A stretch of 64,000 bases of DNA from Syntrophales bacterium (GTDB lineage: Bacteria; Desulfobacterota; Syntrophia; Syntrophales; UBA2210). This document shows positions 31,213 to 41,358 of this stretch, in pieces (the first letter of the stretch is position 1; each line of letters begins with the position of its first letter). The notes beneath the pieces are model-generated. The model ran no database searches. It saw only the letters and a program-made list of their open reading frames with translations, and was not told the DNA's origin. The stretch is taken from positions 1,088,001 to 1,152,000 of the forward strand of contig CAXXKT010000001.1 in the NCBI GenBank assembly GCA_963662405.2, read 5' to 3'. A program made the translations under genes and the position numbers.

Positions 31213-31473
31213 GCGGCGTTCAAAATACTGAAAAGCTCCGAGACGGACATTTTTTATCTGATATAAAAAAGGGATGCCGAACCGAAAAATCGGCCGGCAT
31301 CCCCGCTATCCTTGAACGTCCGACGGATTCTTTTAACCGATATAGGTCTCCTGCTCTTTGCGCATGTGAGCGAGCCATCTTTCATGGTGATTGGCCCGTG
31401 CCTTGAAATATTCCAGAATTTCCGGATGGGGCAGAATAAAGAACTCCTCTTTTTCCAGCGCGTCCACCACATA
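31213..31473. repeat. Direct repeat copy B (261 bp): functional 3' end of the SDR gene and its terminator
   Basis: Matches 26382-26642. Confidence 0.95.
31265..31303 (-). terminator. Intrinsic terminator of the SDR gene
   Basis: Stem gggatgccg/cggcatccc followed by T6 on the minus strand. Confidence 0.7.
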
Positions 31474-32103
31474 GTCGGCGCACTGCTCAGGCGTAATGGC
31501 CGTCTTTAAGATGACTTGTCCCACACCGTCCGCGTCTTCCGGGAGCATGCCGGAGATGACGCCGAAGGGACAGAGACAACTGACCTTGATCCCCTGGCGC
31601 GCATGGGTGATCGACAACCATTCCGCAAAGGCGACGGCGGCGTGCTTGGAGACCGCATACGGTGCCTGTCCCAGCGTCGTGAGCAATCCGCCGGCCGAAC
31701 CCGTCTGGAGCAGGTATCCGCTCTTGCGCTCGATCATCGATGGCAACACGGCGCGGGCCGCATAGACATGGGCCATGACGTGGACATCCCAACAGCGCTG
31801 CCATACCTCATTCGGTGCTTCCGCGCCGCCCTCTGAGGGGATGCCGGCATTGGAACAGAACAGATCGATCGGTCCGTACTGCCGAGAGGTCATTTCCACC
31901 AGTCTTTGAATATCCTCTTCCTTGCCGACATCGGCCGTCACGGCAAGGCCGCCGATGTCCGCGGCCACCTTTGCCGCCTCTTCCCCGTTATAATCGGAAA
32001 CCACGATCCCTTTGGGTTTCTCGTCGGCGAAACGATAACACAATCCACGACCGATTCCGGAGGCCGCGCCCGTCACGACAACAACCTTGTCTTTGATCTT
32101 CAT
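31333..32103 (-). CDS. Short-chain dehydrogenase/reductase
   Basis: TGAASGIG, SNAG, YAVSK. GGAGG RBS before the ATG at 32103. Confidence 0.93.
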   Translation of the reverse strand: MKIKDKVVVVTGAASGIGRGLCYRFADEKPKGIVVSDYNGEEAAKVAADIGGLAVTADVGKEEDIQRLVEMTSRQYGPIDLFCSNAGIPSEGGAEAPNEVWQRCWDVHVMAHVYAARAVLPSMIERKSGYLLQTGSAGGLLTTLGQAPYAVSKHAAVAFAEWLSITHARQGIKVSCLCPFGVISGMLPEDADGVGQVILKTAITPEQCADYVVDALEKEEFFILPHPEILEYFKARANHHERWLAHMRKEQETYIG

Positions 32104-32475
32104 ATACCCTCCTTCACTGCAAAATCGTCCCACACTCTTTCCGGGATTTACATAGACAGAAGCTGCGCAAAATGCAAACACTAAAAAACGGGTATTTTTC
32201 TCTTGCCGGAGCCTATTCTCTTCTCCGTTCCGGTTTAACAACCGTAACACCGATATCTTCTCATTGCTCTTAAAGAACTCCCGAAATAAACCGATATTCT
32301 CGTCAAGCGTCTTGAATCACGATTGGGATATCAGAGGGGTCTGCCATCCCCAGTGGATGAGATGCTTGATGACGGTTACATATGCAAAGTCTCTGAGGGG
32401 TGTTGTGCCGCATACTGTGCGGTGCTTGTCATATGATAGGAGATCCACATAGACATTGAAAGAAAAGGGTGCCAT

Positions 32476-32997
32476 ATGATCGCTTCATTCATTAAACTCG
32501 TTTTGTCGAATCCTACCGTTTCTCTCCTCGTCATGGGCCTGATCGGTTCACTGGTATCGATCTATTCCAAGAAAGGGCGGAGAACAAAGCCCGTCATTGT
32601 CGAAGCCCTCGTCGCCTATTTTTTCCTGTTCAGCATAGGGATCGGCTATCTGGACAACTTCGTGATGCATGTGGTGTTTGCCGAGTATACGGCGAAATTT
32701 ATCGGGTGGGCGAACAGCCCCTTTCAACTGGAAGTGGGGTTTGCCAGCCTCGGCATGGGCGTGGCGGGCATCATAGCTTTCAGACAAAACCTGGCATTCC
32801 GGGTAGCCACATTTCTCCCCCCCGCTTTCTTCCTCTTGGGCGCGGCGGGAGGGCATATCTACCAGATTTGTACAACGCACAATATGGCTGCGGGAAACGC
32901 CGGCGCCATTCTGTGGACCGATATCCTGTTGCCCGTTATCGGCTTCGGGCTGCTCTGTGCGCAGGCGAAGGTCCTTCGCGGAACTCGCGAAAAGTAA
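32476..32997 (+). CDS. Conserved membrane protein (DUF6790-like)
   Basis: Several TM helices; IGW..SPFQLEVGFA and GNAG motifs. Confidence 0.7.
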   Translation: MIASFIKLVLSNPTVSLLVMGLIGSLVSIYSKKGRRTKPVIVEALVAYFFLFSIGIGYLDNFVMHVVFAEYTAKFIGWANSPFQLEVGFASLGMGVAGIIAFRQNLAFRVATFLPPAFFLLGAAGGHIYQICTTHNMAAGNAGAILWTDILLPVIGFGLLCAQAKVLRGTREK

Positions 32998-33299
32998 GAG
33001 AATAGAGGGTTGAAGAAGACAGTACGGCCAATTGCTCCACCCCGCTCGCTTTCTCCGGTAATGATTGTTGAGACTTTTTCCTCCAGATTTTATAAATTGT
33101 AGGGAATGATCGATACATACTTTTCCATCCATATTGTAAAATCTGCACGTCATCAAAATGCTGAGTGAGCCTCTTTTCAGATCTTGTCCAGGCTGAGCCC
33201 CAGCCGTTTCAAACATGTCCCGGCATACTATCATTTCGTCCTACGGTTGTTCCGTGCTTTATGGTATGAAAAATCACATCGATTCCTTCAGGAGGTACC

Positions 33300-34751
33300 A
33301 TGGAAACAGCAGAGCGCAGCCTATTCGACGCGATCTTCGATCCCCGTGCCGTCGCGATCATCGGGGCGTCCCCTTCCGATCAGGCGACCCTGGCCCAGAT
33401 CAGGACGAAACTCAGAGACCGCCTCTACCTGGTCAACCCGAAATATACGGAACTGATGGGCAAGAAATGCTACCCGACCATCCTGGATGTGGAGGCCGAG
33501 GTCGATTACGTGAGTATCGGCATCTCCTCGTCGCTCCTGCCGCAGGTCCTGGAGCAGTGTATTCAAAAAGGTGTTCGGGTCGCCCAGATCTTCACGGCCG
33601 GTTTCAGCGAGACGGGTATCCCCGAACGGATCAGGCAGGAGGAAGAACTGAAGCAATTGGCACAAGGCCGAATCCGGCTCATCGGCCCTAATTGTTTCGG
33701 TGTTTACTGTCCCAGGACGGGTCAGGCCATCGTGCCGGAAGCCCCGACGGAGGAGGGGGCCATCGGTGTTGTCGCCCAGAGCGGCAGTTTTGCCGAGTCG
33801 TTCTCGTATTTCGCCGACGCGAAGAATCTCCGGTTCAGCAAGGTGGTCAGTTACGGCAACGCCGCAGACCTGGACGGCGCCGATTTTCTGGAATACCTGG
33901 CCGATGACGAGGGCACGAAGCTGATCGCCTTTTATATCGAAGGGACCAGTGACACATCACATCTGCGCGCGGCCCTGACAAAGGCGGCCAGGCGAAAGCC
34001 GGTGATCGCCATTAAGGGGGGAATGACCGATCAGGGGATGCGGGCGGCGGCCTCACATACGGGGGCCCTGGCGGGTTCCCCGGATATCTGGCGCGCCTTT
34101 TTCAGGCAGTGCGGGGCGCTGCAGGTGGACACCTTCGACGAGATGGCGAGCACCCTGATAGCGTTTCAGAACGCCCCGCTCCCCGCGGGGCGGACTATGG
34201 CCCTGATCACCAACTCCGGCGGCTTCGGCGTCATCCAGACGGACCTCTGCCTGCGGGCCGGGATCGAGGTGCCCCCGTTTACGCCCGAGACCGTCGAGAC
34301 CCTGCGCGCCCTGGTCCCCGCGGCCGGGACCAGCATACGGAATCCCCTGGATGCCTGGCCCATCTATTACAATGTCGGGGAGACGGGGAATATCGCCGAT
34401 ATTATCAGGACCGTCGCCGCTGATCCTCAGATCGATACACTGGTCTTCCAGTTCGATCAGTTCCGCTATCTGCGGCGCATTATCGGGCCGGAAGCCATTG
34501 ATGCCCATATGGAACGACTCATTGCGTTGATGGTTGAAGGGTGCGAACAGGCCCGTGAGCAAGAGCGGAAACCCGTCATGATCACGGTTTCCCTCGATCC
34601 GTACCTGGAGGACGAAAAGGATCGGCAGTACAATCTGCTTCTCAAAAAGACCTTTGCCGCCGGGGGGTTTCCCGTGTACGCCACCCTGGACGCAACGGTC
34701 AGGGCCCTTGCCAATCTGTGCCGGTATGCTGAAGGCCGCAGGGGAGAATAG
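33300..34751 (+). CDS. ADP-forming acyl-CoA synthetase, alpha-subunit type
   Basis: FDPRAVAIIGAS, IGPNCFG, AQSG, SYGNAAD, SHTGALAG, NPLD. Confidence 0.9.
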   Translation: METAERSLFDAIFDPRAVAIIGASPSDQATLAQIRTKLRDRLYLVNPKYTELMGKKCYPTILDVEAEVDYVSIGISSSLLPQVLEQCIQKGVRVAQIFTAGFSETGIPERIRQEEELKQLAQGRIRLIGPNCFGVYCPRTGQAIVPEAPTEEGAIGVVAQSGSFAESFSYFADAKNLRFSKVVSYGNAADLDGADFLEYLADDEGTKLIAFYIEGTSDTSHLRAALTKAARRKPVIAIKGGMTDQGMRAAASHTGALAGSPDIWRAFFRQCGALQVDTFDEMASTLIAFQNAPLPAGRTMALITNSGGFGVIQTDLCLRAGIEVPPFTPETVETLRALVPAAGTSIRNPLDAWPIYYNVGETGNIADIIRTVAADPQIDTLVFQFDQFRYLRRIIGPEAIDAHMERLIALMVEGCEQAREQERKPVMITVSLDPYLEDEKDRQYNLLLKKTFAAGGFPVYATLDATVRALANLCRYAEGRRGE

Positions 34752-34889
34752 CGTCGATGAGGCGCAGGAACACGCCGCGCATGAGGCTCCATCGATCACG
34801 ATGGCCGCTGTATCTCCATAGAGCAGCACGCTGATGGATGCCTCGCGGGCGGAATTTTCCTTACGAGTGCGGAACTGCGGGTGTTTTGT

Positions 34890-35300
34890 CTACTTTTCAA
34901 CCCACGATTCGTGAGAATAGAGGATCTTCCAGCCGCCCTCCTCTTTTTTCCATATCATCGTGAAGACATGCGCTGATTGCATGCGTTGCCCATCCGTAAA
35001 AAGCATCTTCGATTTTTCCTGACTCGTCAAAAGGGCCAGATCGGGCGCCAGGGGCGTAACCTGCACAGCCAATACTTCGACCTGTTGTTGTTCTCTCGTC
35101 GCGAAGTACGACGTTACCGTATCCACCCATTCCCTTCGGGTGGCAGAGCGATCCGCGCCGGCAACGGCGGACAGGAACCCGTCCCTACTGTAATGATCGG
35201 CCCAGGCGGGGGCGTCGAGTGTGTTGAGGGCGTCGATCAGGTTATTAAACTGTTCTTTTACCTCTTTCTGAATCGTTTCTGCCTCGGGGAATGGCTGCAT
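34890..35300 (-). CDS. NTF2/SnoaL-like protein
   Basis: C-terminal FTMIWKKEEGGWKILYSHES. Start placed at the ATG at 35300. Confidence 0.8.
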   Translation of the reverse strand: MQPFPEAETIQKEVKEQFNNLIDALNTLDAPAWADHYSRDGFLSAVAGADRSATRREWVDTVTSYFATREQQQVEVLAVQVTPLAPDLALLTSQEKSKMLFTDGQRMQSAHVFTMIWKKEEGGWKILYSHESWVEK

Positions 35301-35394
35301 GCGGCATCCTTTCTTTTGCTGGTTTCGGGTGCTTGCATATGGCACCTTTCCATTTAACTGCCTGGTACCTGTGCGGCTTCTCAAGAGCACACAA

Positions 35395-36153
35395 CTACGT
35401 CGTCGGCATGTTCCGAGAGGTCCCTTTGTCCAGCGCTTCCTTCGGTGTTATACCCGCATCGATGTACTCCTGCCACATGGCATTGCCGTACTCGCGCATG
35501 GTCTGTAGATCGACGATGGGTTGTTTGATTCTCTTCATGGTCTCATCCGATACCGAGAAGGTCTTGACGAGTTCCACGCCGGCCTTTCTGACCGCGTCAA
35601 GGATATCGTCGCGAATCTGTTCGAAGCCGGTTTGGGTCATCGTTTCGGCGGCGGGGCGGTAGATCTCCGCGATGAGGGCTCTACCGTAGATGTATCGCAG
35701 GTGTGAAGACATCAGGTCGAATATGGAGTTCTCGGGGAATCCGGCGACGGAAAGGGAGACAATGAGCGGATGACGACCCCGCAGTGGGTGTGAGGCCTTA
35801 CCGTTGTGCTCGATGATGAACGGTTCGACAGCGGGGAGTGTTCGTTCGATAAATGCCTTGAGCTGGGCGTTGACACCGAAGTGGTAAAGCGGCGTGGCAT
35901 AGATCGCGATATCGGATTCCATGAATTTCGGAAAGAGCTCTCGGCTCATGTCGTCCTTATGGACACAGGTACCGGGTGTCTTTGTCCAGCAGGTGTAGCA
36001 GCCGATACAGTACCTGATCTTGTGGGACCGGAGATTGATGATCTCTACATCGGCATCCGCCGAACGCATCCCCTCGACGAGTGATTCGAGCAGGAGTTCC
36101 GTTTTACTCTGATCCTTCCCCCGCGGACTTGAATTGAGCGCTACTACTTTCAT
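35395..36153 (-). CDS. Iron-sulfur flavoprotein (flavodoxin/FMN reductase family)
   Basis: LNSSPRG, CIGCYTCW...C..KDDM, ATPLY. Confidence 0.88.
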   Translation of the reverse strand: MKVVALNSSPRGKDQSKTELLLESLVEGMRSADADVEIINLRSHKIRYCIGCYTCWTKTPGTCVHKDDMSRELFPKFMESDIAIYATPLYHFGVNAQLKAFIERTLPAVEPFIIEHNGKASHPLRGRHPLIVSLSVAGFPENSIFDLMSSHLRYIYGRALIAEIYRPAAETMTQTGFEQIRDDILDAVRKAGVELVKTFSVSDETMKRIKQPIVDLQTMREYGNAMWQEYIDAGITPKEALDKGTSRNMPTT

Positions 36154-36313
36154 ATCTCCCCTCCCCCTTGAGTATGGAGTACGATAGGCACGGACATTCC
36201 GGTATCCACACGATGCCGTGACTATCGTTGCATCAGATGGAACATATGAAGAAGGGATGTGTGTGTCAAGGAGAAAGGAAGGACTCCCGTGGTTGATGGT
36301 CAGATGGTGTCTG

Positions 36314-37333
36314 TCATTCAACGTGGACCATGCATCCCGTAGGGACGGTCACAGCGCGACCCGAGGAGGTGGTGAAATGAAGGGTAATCCCGTACGAACC
36401 GGGCGTCAGGGTTTTCCCGTCAAAACGGGCAGACCAGCCGAAATAGGGGTATCCCCCCCTGTCTCCGCCGGGGATATCGAGGTACCGTGCCACATCGGGA
36501 CGGGGGTGTGAGAAGGCCGCCGGCGCGGTCACGGTGTTGCCCAGGCCGACGGTCACAGTTTCCATTCTTTTGTGATGACGGCGGTCGTAGGCCCACCCCG
36601 CTACCGTCACCTGAGAGATGCCGGAAGGGAGCGTTATGGACCGTTCGTCACCGGAACCATCGCGCTTCAGCACGGTTCCTTCCACCGTATCAACCGAATA
36701 TTCAATGCTTCCGTTGCCGTCGATGTAGTCCTCCCGTATCCATGATCGAAGAACCTCCGGGCTGTGTTCGACACCCGTCTCCCGGAGCCATGATTCGTAT
36801 TGATCGAAGAAGAGTGGTCCGGTCGATTTCTTGCCGGGAAAAACCCCGAATCGCCATGAAATCTCCTTCATGGCGGTTTCATACGGGACATCATCCTGCA
36901 GTGCCAGAACCAGCGCACTGACAAAACTGGTTCGATCGGCGCCGTGCTGACAGTGGACGAGGAGAGGCACCCTGGCTGTTTCGAGGCGATCCAGCAGTTC
37001 AAGAAGCGGCATGACATCCGGCAGGGCGGAGGCATTGAAGGGGAAGTCATGAAGCGCGACATTGTACGATGCGGCGATCTGTTTCTCGGTATCGTACCAT
37101 CCGGTCCCGTCGTTTTCCCCCCGGAGGTTGAAGATGGCCTTCAGCCCGTATGCTTTGATTGCCTCTTCCAACTGATGCCCGTCAAGTTGCCCGCTCCGGT
37201 ATACCGTCTTGTCCATGACCGGATATACGTCGCCCCTCCCGCAGGCATAATAGCAGCACACTATCGTTACCGTCAGGGCAATCATTATGATCGCCGGGCC
37301 ATGTTTTTTGAGCGCGGGGGTCTTGATTTTCAT
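36314..37333 (-). CDS. Membrane-anchored or exported protein-tyrosine/dual-specificity phosphatase family protein with a C-terminal beta-rich domain
   Basis: N-terminal TM segment, YRSGQ, NLRG, HCQHGADRT (CX5R). Confidence 0.8.
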   Translation of the reverse strand: MKIKTPALKKHGPAIIMIALTVTIVCCYYACGRGDVYPVMDKTVYRSGQLDGHQLEEAIKAYGLKAIFNLRGENDGTGWYDTEKQIAASYNVALHDFPFNASALPDVMPLLELLDRLETARVPLLVHCQHGADRTSFVSALVLALQDDVPYETAMKEISWRFGVFPGKKSTGPLFFDQYESWLRETGVEHSPEVLRSWIREDYIDGNGSIEYSVDTVEGTVLKRDGSGDERSITLPSGISQVTVAGWAYDRRHHKRMETVTVGLGNTVTAPAAFSHPRPDVARYLDIPGGDRGGYPYFGWSARFDGKTLTPGSYGITLHFTTSSGRAVTVPTGCMVHVE

Positions 37334-37424
37334 TATACCATATCGGGAGGAACGCCTTGAGGCCTTCCTCCCGGGTTGGGCAACTGGCGGAATAACGGTC
37401 TGAATTGCATGCCCGGATATTCCT

Positions 37425-38387
37425 TTACAGTGATCGTATCTCCTGTTTCATGAATATGATGTAGGAGATGGCAAAGCAAATCACGGTGATGGCGATAAGC
37501 GAAAGGATATGAGGTAATACGATGAACAGGCTCTGCAGCAATGACAGGGGCCTCTGGAATCGCTCCAGTGACATCCGCTCAATCGGTCCGATCATGACGA
37601 ACTGTCGGGTCGTTTTCCGTGTCGGATCGATCACGATAGATGTGGCGTCGTTATAAAGCTTCATAGGGGAGAGGAGGGATACATTCCTCTGTATGGCTAA
37701 CCGTTTCAACATGAGTTCGGGATTTTGCTGCCCCTGAGCATCCATGGGAACCATGACGCTCGCGGTCACGCTGGCACCGATGGAGATAAAGAAGGAGAAG
37801 AAAATCCAGACCGCAAGGGTGGCAAGGGCTGACGTCGCGACACCTCTGAAAAGGATCGAAAAGAGGATGCTGGCACCGAGCCAGAAGGAAATATAGACAA
37901 TACTGATCACCAAATAAAGGATGATCCGCAGTATCTCTTCCGGACCGGGCACCACACCGATCAGTTTCAACCCGAGGCCGGTCACCACCAGGACGATGGC
38001 GACGAGCATTATGGAGATCGTGGCTACTCCCGCCAGGAATTTCCCGTTGATAATGGAATCACGGTAGATCGGTTGTGACACAAGGGTGCTGAGCGTTCCG
38101 CTGCTCCGTTCACGATTGATGGCATCGAAGCCCAGCAGAAGCCCGATCAACGGACCAAAAAAGGCAACGAACTGTACCAGCGAGAAGACCGATCCGGTGG
38201 AGGTAAAGAGCATGAGAAAGACAAAATTGGGCTTAGCCACCCCGGCCAGTTCTTCCTTGAGCCCCATCCCCGCCATATAGGTGGCGATCAGACTGGCCAT
38301 AGCGATCAACGCAAAAATGATGGTAAAGCGATAGCTGCTGAAGTGATCGGACAGCTCTTTCTTGACAATAGATCCGATGCCGGTCAT
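37425..38387 (-). CDS. ABC-2 type permease
   Basis: GFDAINRERSSGTL..LVSQP, GKFL. Confidence 0.88.
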   Translation of the reverse strand: MTGIGSIVKKELSDHFSSYRFTIIFALIAMASLIATYMAGMGLKEELAGVAKPNFVFLMLFTSTGSVFSLVQFVAFFGPLIGLLLGFDAINRERSSGTLSTLVSQPIYRDSIINGKFLAGVATISIMLVAIVLVVTGLGLKLIGVVPGPEEILRIILYLVISIVYISFWLGASILFSILFRGVATSALATLAVWIFFSFFISIGASVTASVMVPMDAQGQQNPELMLKRLAIQRNVSLLSPMKLYNDATSIVIDPTRKTTRQFVMIGPIERMSLERFQRPLSLLQSLFIVLPHILSLIAITVICFAISYIIFMKQEIRSL

Positions 38388-39142
38388 AGGGTCACCTCCT
38401 GAAAATATTTCAAGTAGAGGTCGTCCAGAGAGATCTTGTGGTCTCCGATCCCGAATTGTTCCGTGGCCAGCTCTTCGAGGCTTCCCGCAGCGATCATCTG
38501 TCCTTCGAGCATGATGCCGACCCTGTCGGCGATCTTTTGGACCTGCTTCAGGTCGTGGGACGAGAGGATAACCGTGATATGTTTGGCCTTACTCAGGGAC
38601 TGGATGTACTCGATGTTTTTGGTCGTTGCCTCCGGGTCGAGTCCCAGGGTCGGCTCGTCGAGAAAGGCGATCCGGGGTTCTTTGAGGATGATCACCGCGA
38701 TGCCGAGCCGCTGGCGCATACCACGGGAATAGGCGCCGACCTTTTTGTCGAATTCTCCCGAAAGCCCCACGCTCGCCAGGGCCTCCGTGATCTTGCCGGT
38801 GCTCACGGAATCGGGAATCCCATTGAGCTGCGCGATAAAGTGTAGATTTTCCGCGGCGGTCATGTCCTCGTAGAACCCTATGTTCTCAGGAACATACCCT
38901 ATAATTCTTTTTACCTGCATCGATTCCCGCAGGGGATCGAATCCCGCCACTCGCGCCCATCCGCTGGTCGGCTCCGTCAGCCCGAGGAGCATCAGAAGCG
39001 TGGTTGTTTTTCCCGATCCGTTTGGACCCAGGAAACCGAATATTTCACCCTCCCGCACGGTCAAGCTCAAATTATTGACGGCCCGTTGGGTACCATAGAT
39101 CTTGGTCAGCCCTTCGGTTTGAATGATGCTCTCCTCGCTCAT
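38384..39142 (-). CDS. ABC transporter ATP-binding protein
   Basis: GPNGSGKTT, YSRGMRQR, LDEPT. Confidence 0.93.
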   Translation of the reverse strand: MSEESIIQTEGLTKIYGTQRAVNNLSLTVREGEIFGFLGPNGSGKTTTLLMLLGLTEPTSGWARVAGFDPLRESMQVKRIIGYVPENIGFYEDMTAAENLHFIAQLNGIPDSVSTGKITEALASVGLSGEFDKKVGAYSRGMRQRLGIAVIILKEPRIAFLDEPTLGLDPEATTKNIEYIQSLSKAKHITVILSSHDLKQVQKIADRVGIMLEGQMIAAGSLEELATEQFGIGDHKISLDDLYLKYFQEVTL

Positions 39143-39143
39143 C

Positions 39144-40364
39144 TTATCTCCTTCCCAGTGCCCGGAAAAGACCGAACAGACCTGCAATAACGAGGCAGAT
39201 GATCCCCAGACCGATCCATCCCCAGGCGGCGGATGCCTTAACGGTCACCCGCAGCTCGAGATTGTCTGAGCTCTTTTCGGCATTGACGCTCACGCCGACG
39301 GCATAGTCTCCCACCAGGGAATCTTCGCCCGGTTCAATCGAAACCTCGATCTGTTCGAGCTTCCCCGGATCGAGAGAGACTATTTTCTCCGGGCTGAACG
39401 TTACCTTCCAATTCTCCGGCTTTACCGAGAGGAGAGAAACATCCTGCAGGGTGGCGGACCCGGTGTTTTGCACATAGATGGAGAGGGTGGAGGCTTTCCC
39501 TCTTTGGGTGCTCAGCGAGAGGAGCCCCGTATCGGTGCCGACATCGACCTTGTACGTCCCCGTGATGATCACCTTCAGGGATGCCTCCGCCTTAAAACCC
39601 TCCGCCATGACGGTAATCGGTATGGTGAACTCGTTCGCTGTCGCAAAGGGATCGGGTGTCACCAGGACAGTTACGTTTTCGCTTTCTTCGGGCTTCAACA
39701 TGAGGCTCGAAATATAGGTGTCCTTGAAGGGAGGTTTGAAATTGACGTTCCACCCCTTGGGCGGAGCCGCGATGAGATTAAAGGGCAATTCCTTTCGTGT
39801 CTTATTGTTGACGCTCAGTGCAAACTCGAATTTGCCGTCACTTGAGCCCTGGAGGACGGGATACGAGGTAGTCAGTATGATTTCACCCTCCTTCTGTTTT
39901 TCTTTTGCCAGAAGGGTCACCTTCAGCTTTTGTGAAGCCTTCAGGGCGCCATCCTGCGTACGTGCGTCCAATTTGAAGTAGTACACACCGGCGCCCGTAT
40001 TCCCGTCCGGTATAATGCCGAACGTGACGGACTTGACCTCGCCGGTCGGGAGATAGAGGGCGGTTACGGCAGCGCCATAACCCTCCGCACTGGCCCGCCA
40101 CCCTGCGGGGATTTGATAGTTGAAATATATGGTTTCGTCTTGTTTTCCCTTGTTGTTGAAGGATAGATTGAGATCGACCTTTTTGTTCCCTCCGGGGAGG
40201 ATGATTTCAGGATAGTCAAAATACATGGCGAAGCTACGGTCGGGACCGCCCCCCTTTCCCCCCTGGTCCTGCTGGGCAAAGCAGGGCAGTACAACAAAGG
40301 CACAGACCCCTATGAGCGTCATCAACGCAACGATCACACCATATTTCCCATTCACAGTTCTCAT
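39144..40364 (-). CDS. NEW3-domain (Ig-like repeats) surface protein with a C-terminal TM anchor
   Basis: Signal peptide; three PxGW/PxNW-containing Ig-like repeats; C-terminal WGWIG helix; adjacent to the ABC genes. Confidence 0.8.
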   Translation of the reverse strand: MRTVNGKYGVIVALMTLIGVCAFVVLPCFAQQDQGGKGGGPDRSFAMYFDYPEIILPGGNKKVDLNLSFNNKGKQDETIYFNYQIPAGWRASAEGYGAAVTALYLPTGEVKSVTFGIIPDGNTGAGVYYFKLDARTQDGALKASQKLKVTLLAKEKQKEGEIILTTSYPVLQGSSDGKFEFALSVNNKTRKELPFNLIAAPPKGWNVNFKPPFKDTYISSLMLKPEESENVTVLVTPDPFATANEFTIPITVMAEGFKAEASLKVIITGTYKVDVGTDTGLLSLSTQRGKASTLSIYVQNTGSATLQDVSLLSVKPENWKVTFSPEKIVSLDPGKLEQIEVSIEPGEDSLVGDYAVGVSVNAEKSSDNLELRVTVKASAAWGWIGLGIICLVIAGLFGLFRALGRR

Positions 40365-40606
40365 TTTATCTCCTCCATGTGTGCCGAATCACCGAAGTGC
40401 GTCGACGGTATTGGTAACAGTAAAACAGTCAACTATCCGCGAGTCTTATCCCAAAAGAGGTATGGTGAGAGGTTCCCTCTCCCTACCGTGTCTACCATCA
40501 GCGACGTTCCGGATACCCTTACGCCACTACCTACAATGAAAGAGGAATAGAAGTCAAATGTTCCAAGGGTTCTATTACCCACCCCTTGGGTAATTTGATA
40601 GAGTCC

Positions 40607-40638
40607 CCGATACCCCACCGTTTTCGGTGGGGTATCGG
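40607..40638 (-). terminator. Hairpin downstream of satP
   Basis: Perfect 14-bp stem ccgataccccaccg-tttt-cggtggggtatcgg. Confidence 0.65.
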
Positions 40639-40652
40639 ATAGTTATGTAATA

Positions 40653-41216
40653 CTATTTTTCCCCCAAGGGCAGGATGACCCGGCCATAATTCTCGTTAAG
40701 GACCTGGGCCATAGCGCAGTAGATGGCCGATGCGCCGCAGAAGATCCCTTCATAGCCGGTCAGGGCTGCCCAGGATCCCGTCCAGCCGAAGGCGTCGCGC
40801 GCGGCGAGCATCCAGAAGAGGATTGTCAGGGACAGAAAGACCACCTGGAGCCCCCGGTTTGCCTTCCACGTGCCGATCCACATGAAGAAGGTGAAGACGC
40901 CCCACAGGAAGAGGTACCAGGCCACAAAACCGATATCATTCGCGGGCATTCCGAATTTTCCGTTGCAATAGATGAGATATACGAGTGTCAGCCAGAAGAG
41001 CCCATATGATGTGAAAGCGGTAGTCCCGAAGGTGTTCCCTTTTTTGAATTCCATGCAACCCGCGATGATCTGGGCGATGCCGCCATAGAATATCCCCATT
41101 GCCATGATGACGGCGCTGATCTCGTACAGGCCGGCGTTGTGCAGGTTCAAAAGAATCGTCGTCATACCAAAGCCCATCAAACCGAGTGGTGCAGGATTCG
41201 CAAGATTCTCAGACAT
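40653..41216 (-). CDS. satP: Acetate uptake/export channel (GPR1/FUN34/YaaH family)
   Basis: [13 protein letters not shown] signature, [15 protein letters not shown]. Confidence 0.93.
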   Translation of the reverse strand: MSENLANPAPLGLMGFGMTTILLNLHNAGLYEISAVIMAMGIFYGGIAQIIAGCMEFKKGNTFGTTAFTSYGLFWLTLVYLIYCNGKFGMPANDIGFVAWYLFLWGVFTFFMWIGTWKANRGLQVVFLSLTILFWMLAARDAFGWTGSWAALTGYEGIFCGASAIYCAMAQVLNENYGRVILPLGEK

Positions 41217-41358
41217 AGAAAAACCCCCTCAATTATAAATTTTGAGCCACCATAGTAAAATTTAGACTGTTAGTCAAACGGGGAATCGCAGCTCGGCGAT
41301 TTTTTCGCGAGTGCGAAATTGATTGCAACTCACGACAGCCGGTTTCTCGAGCATTCCG

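Noticed and set aside
31254..31472. 72-aa ORF duplicated in both repeats
   Set aside because: It is an alternative frame of the SDR 3' end; the substitutions are mostly silent in the SDR frame, not in this one.
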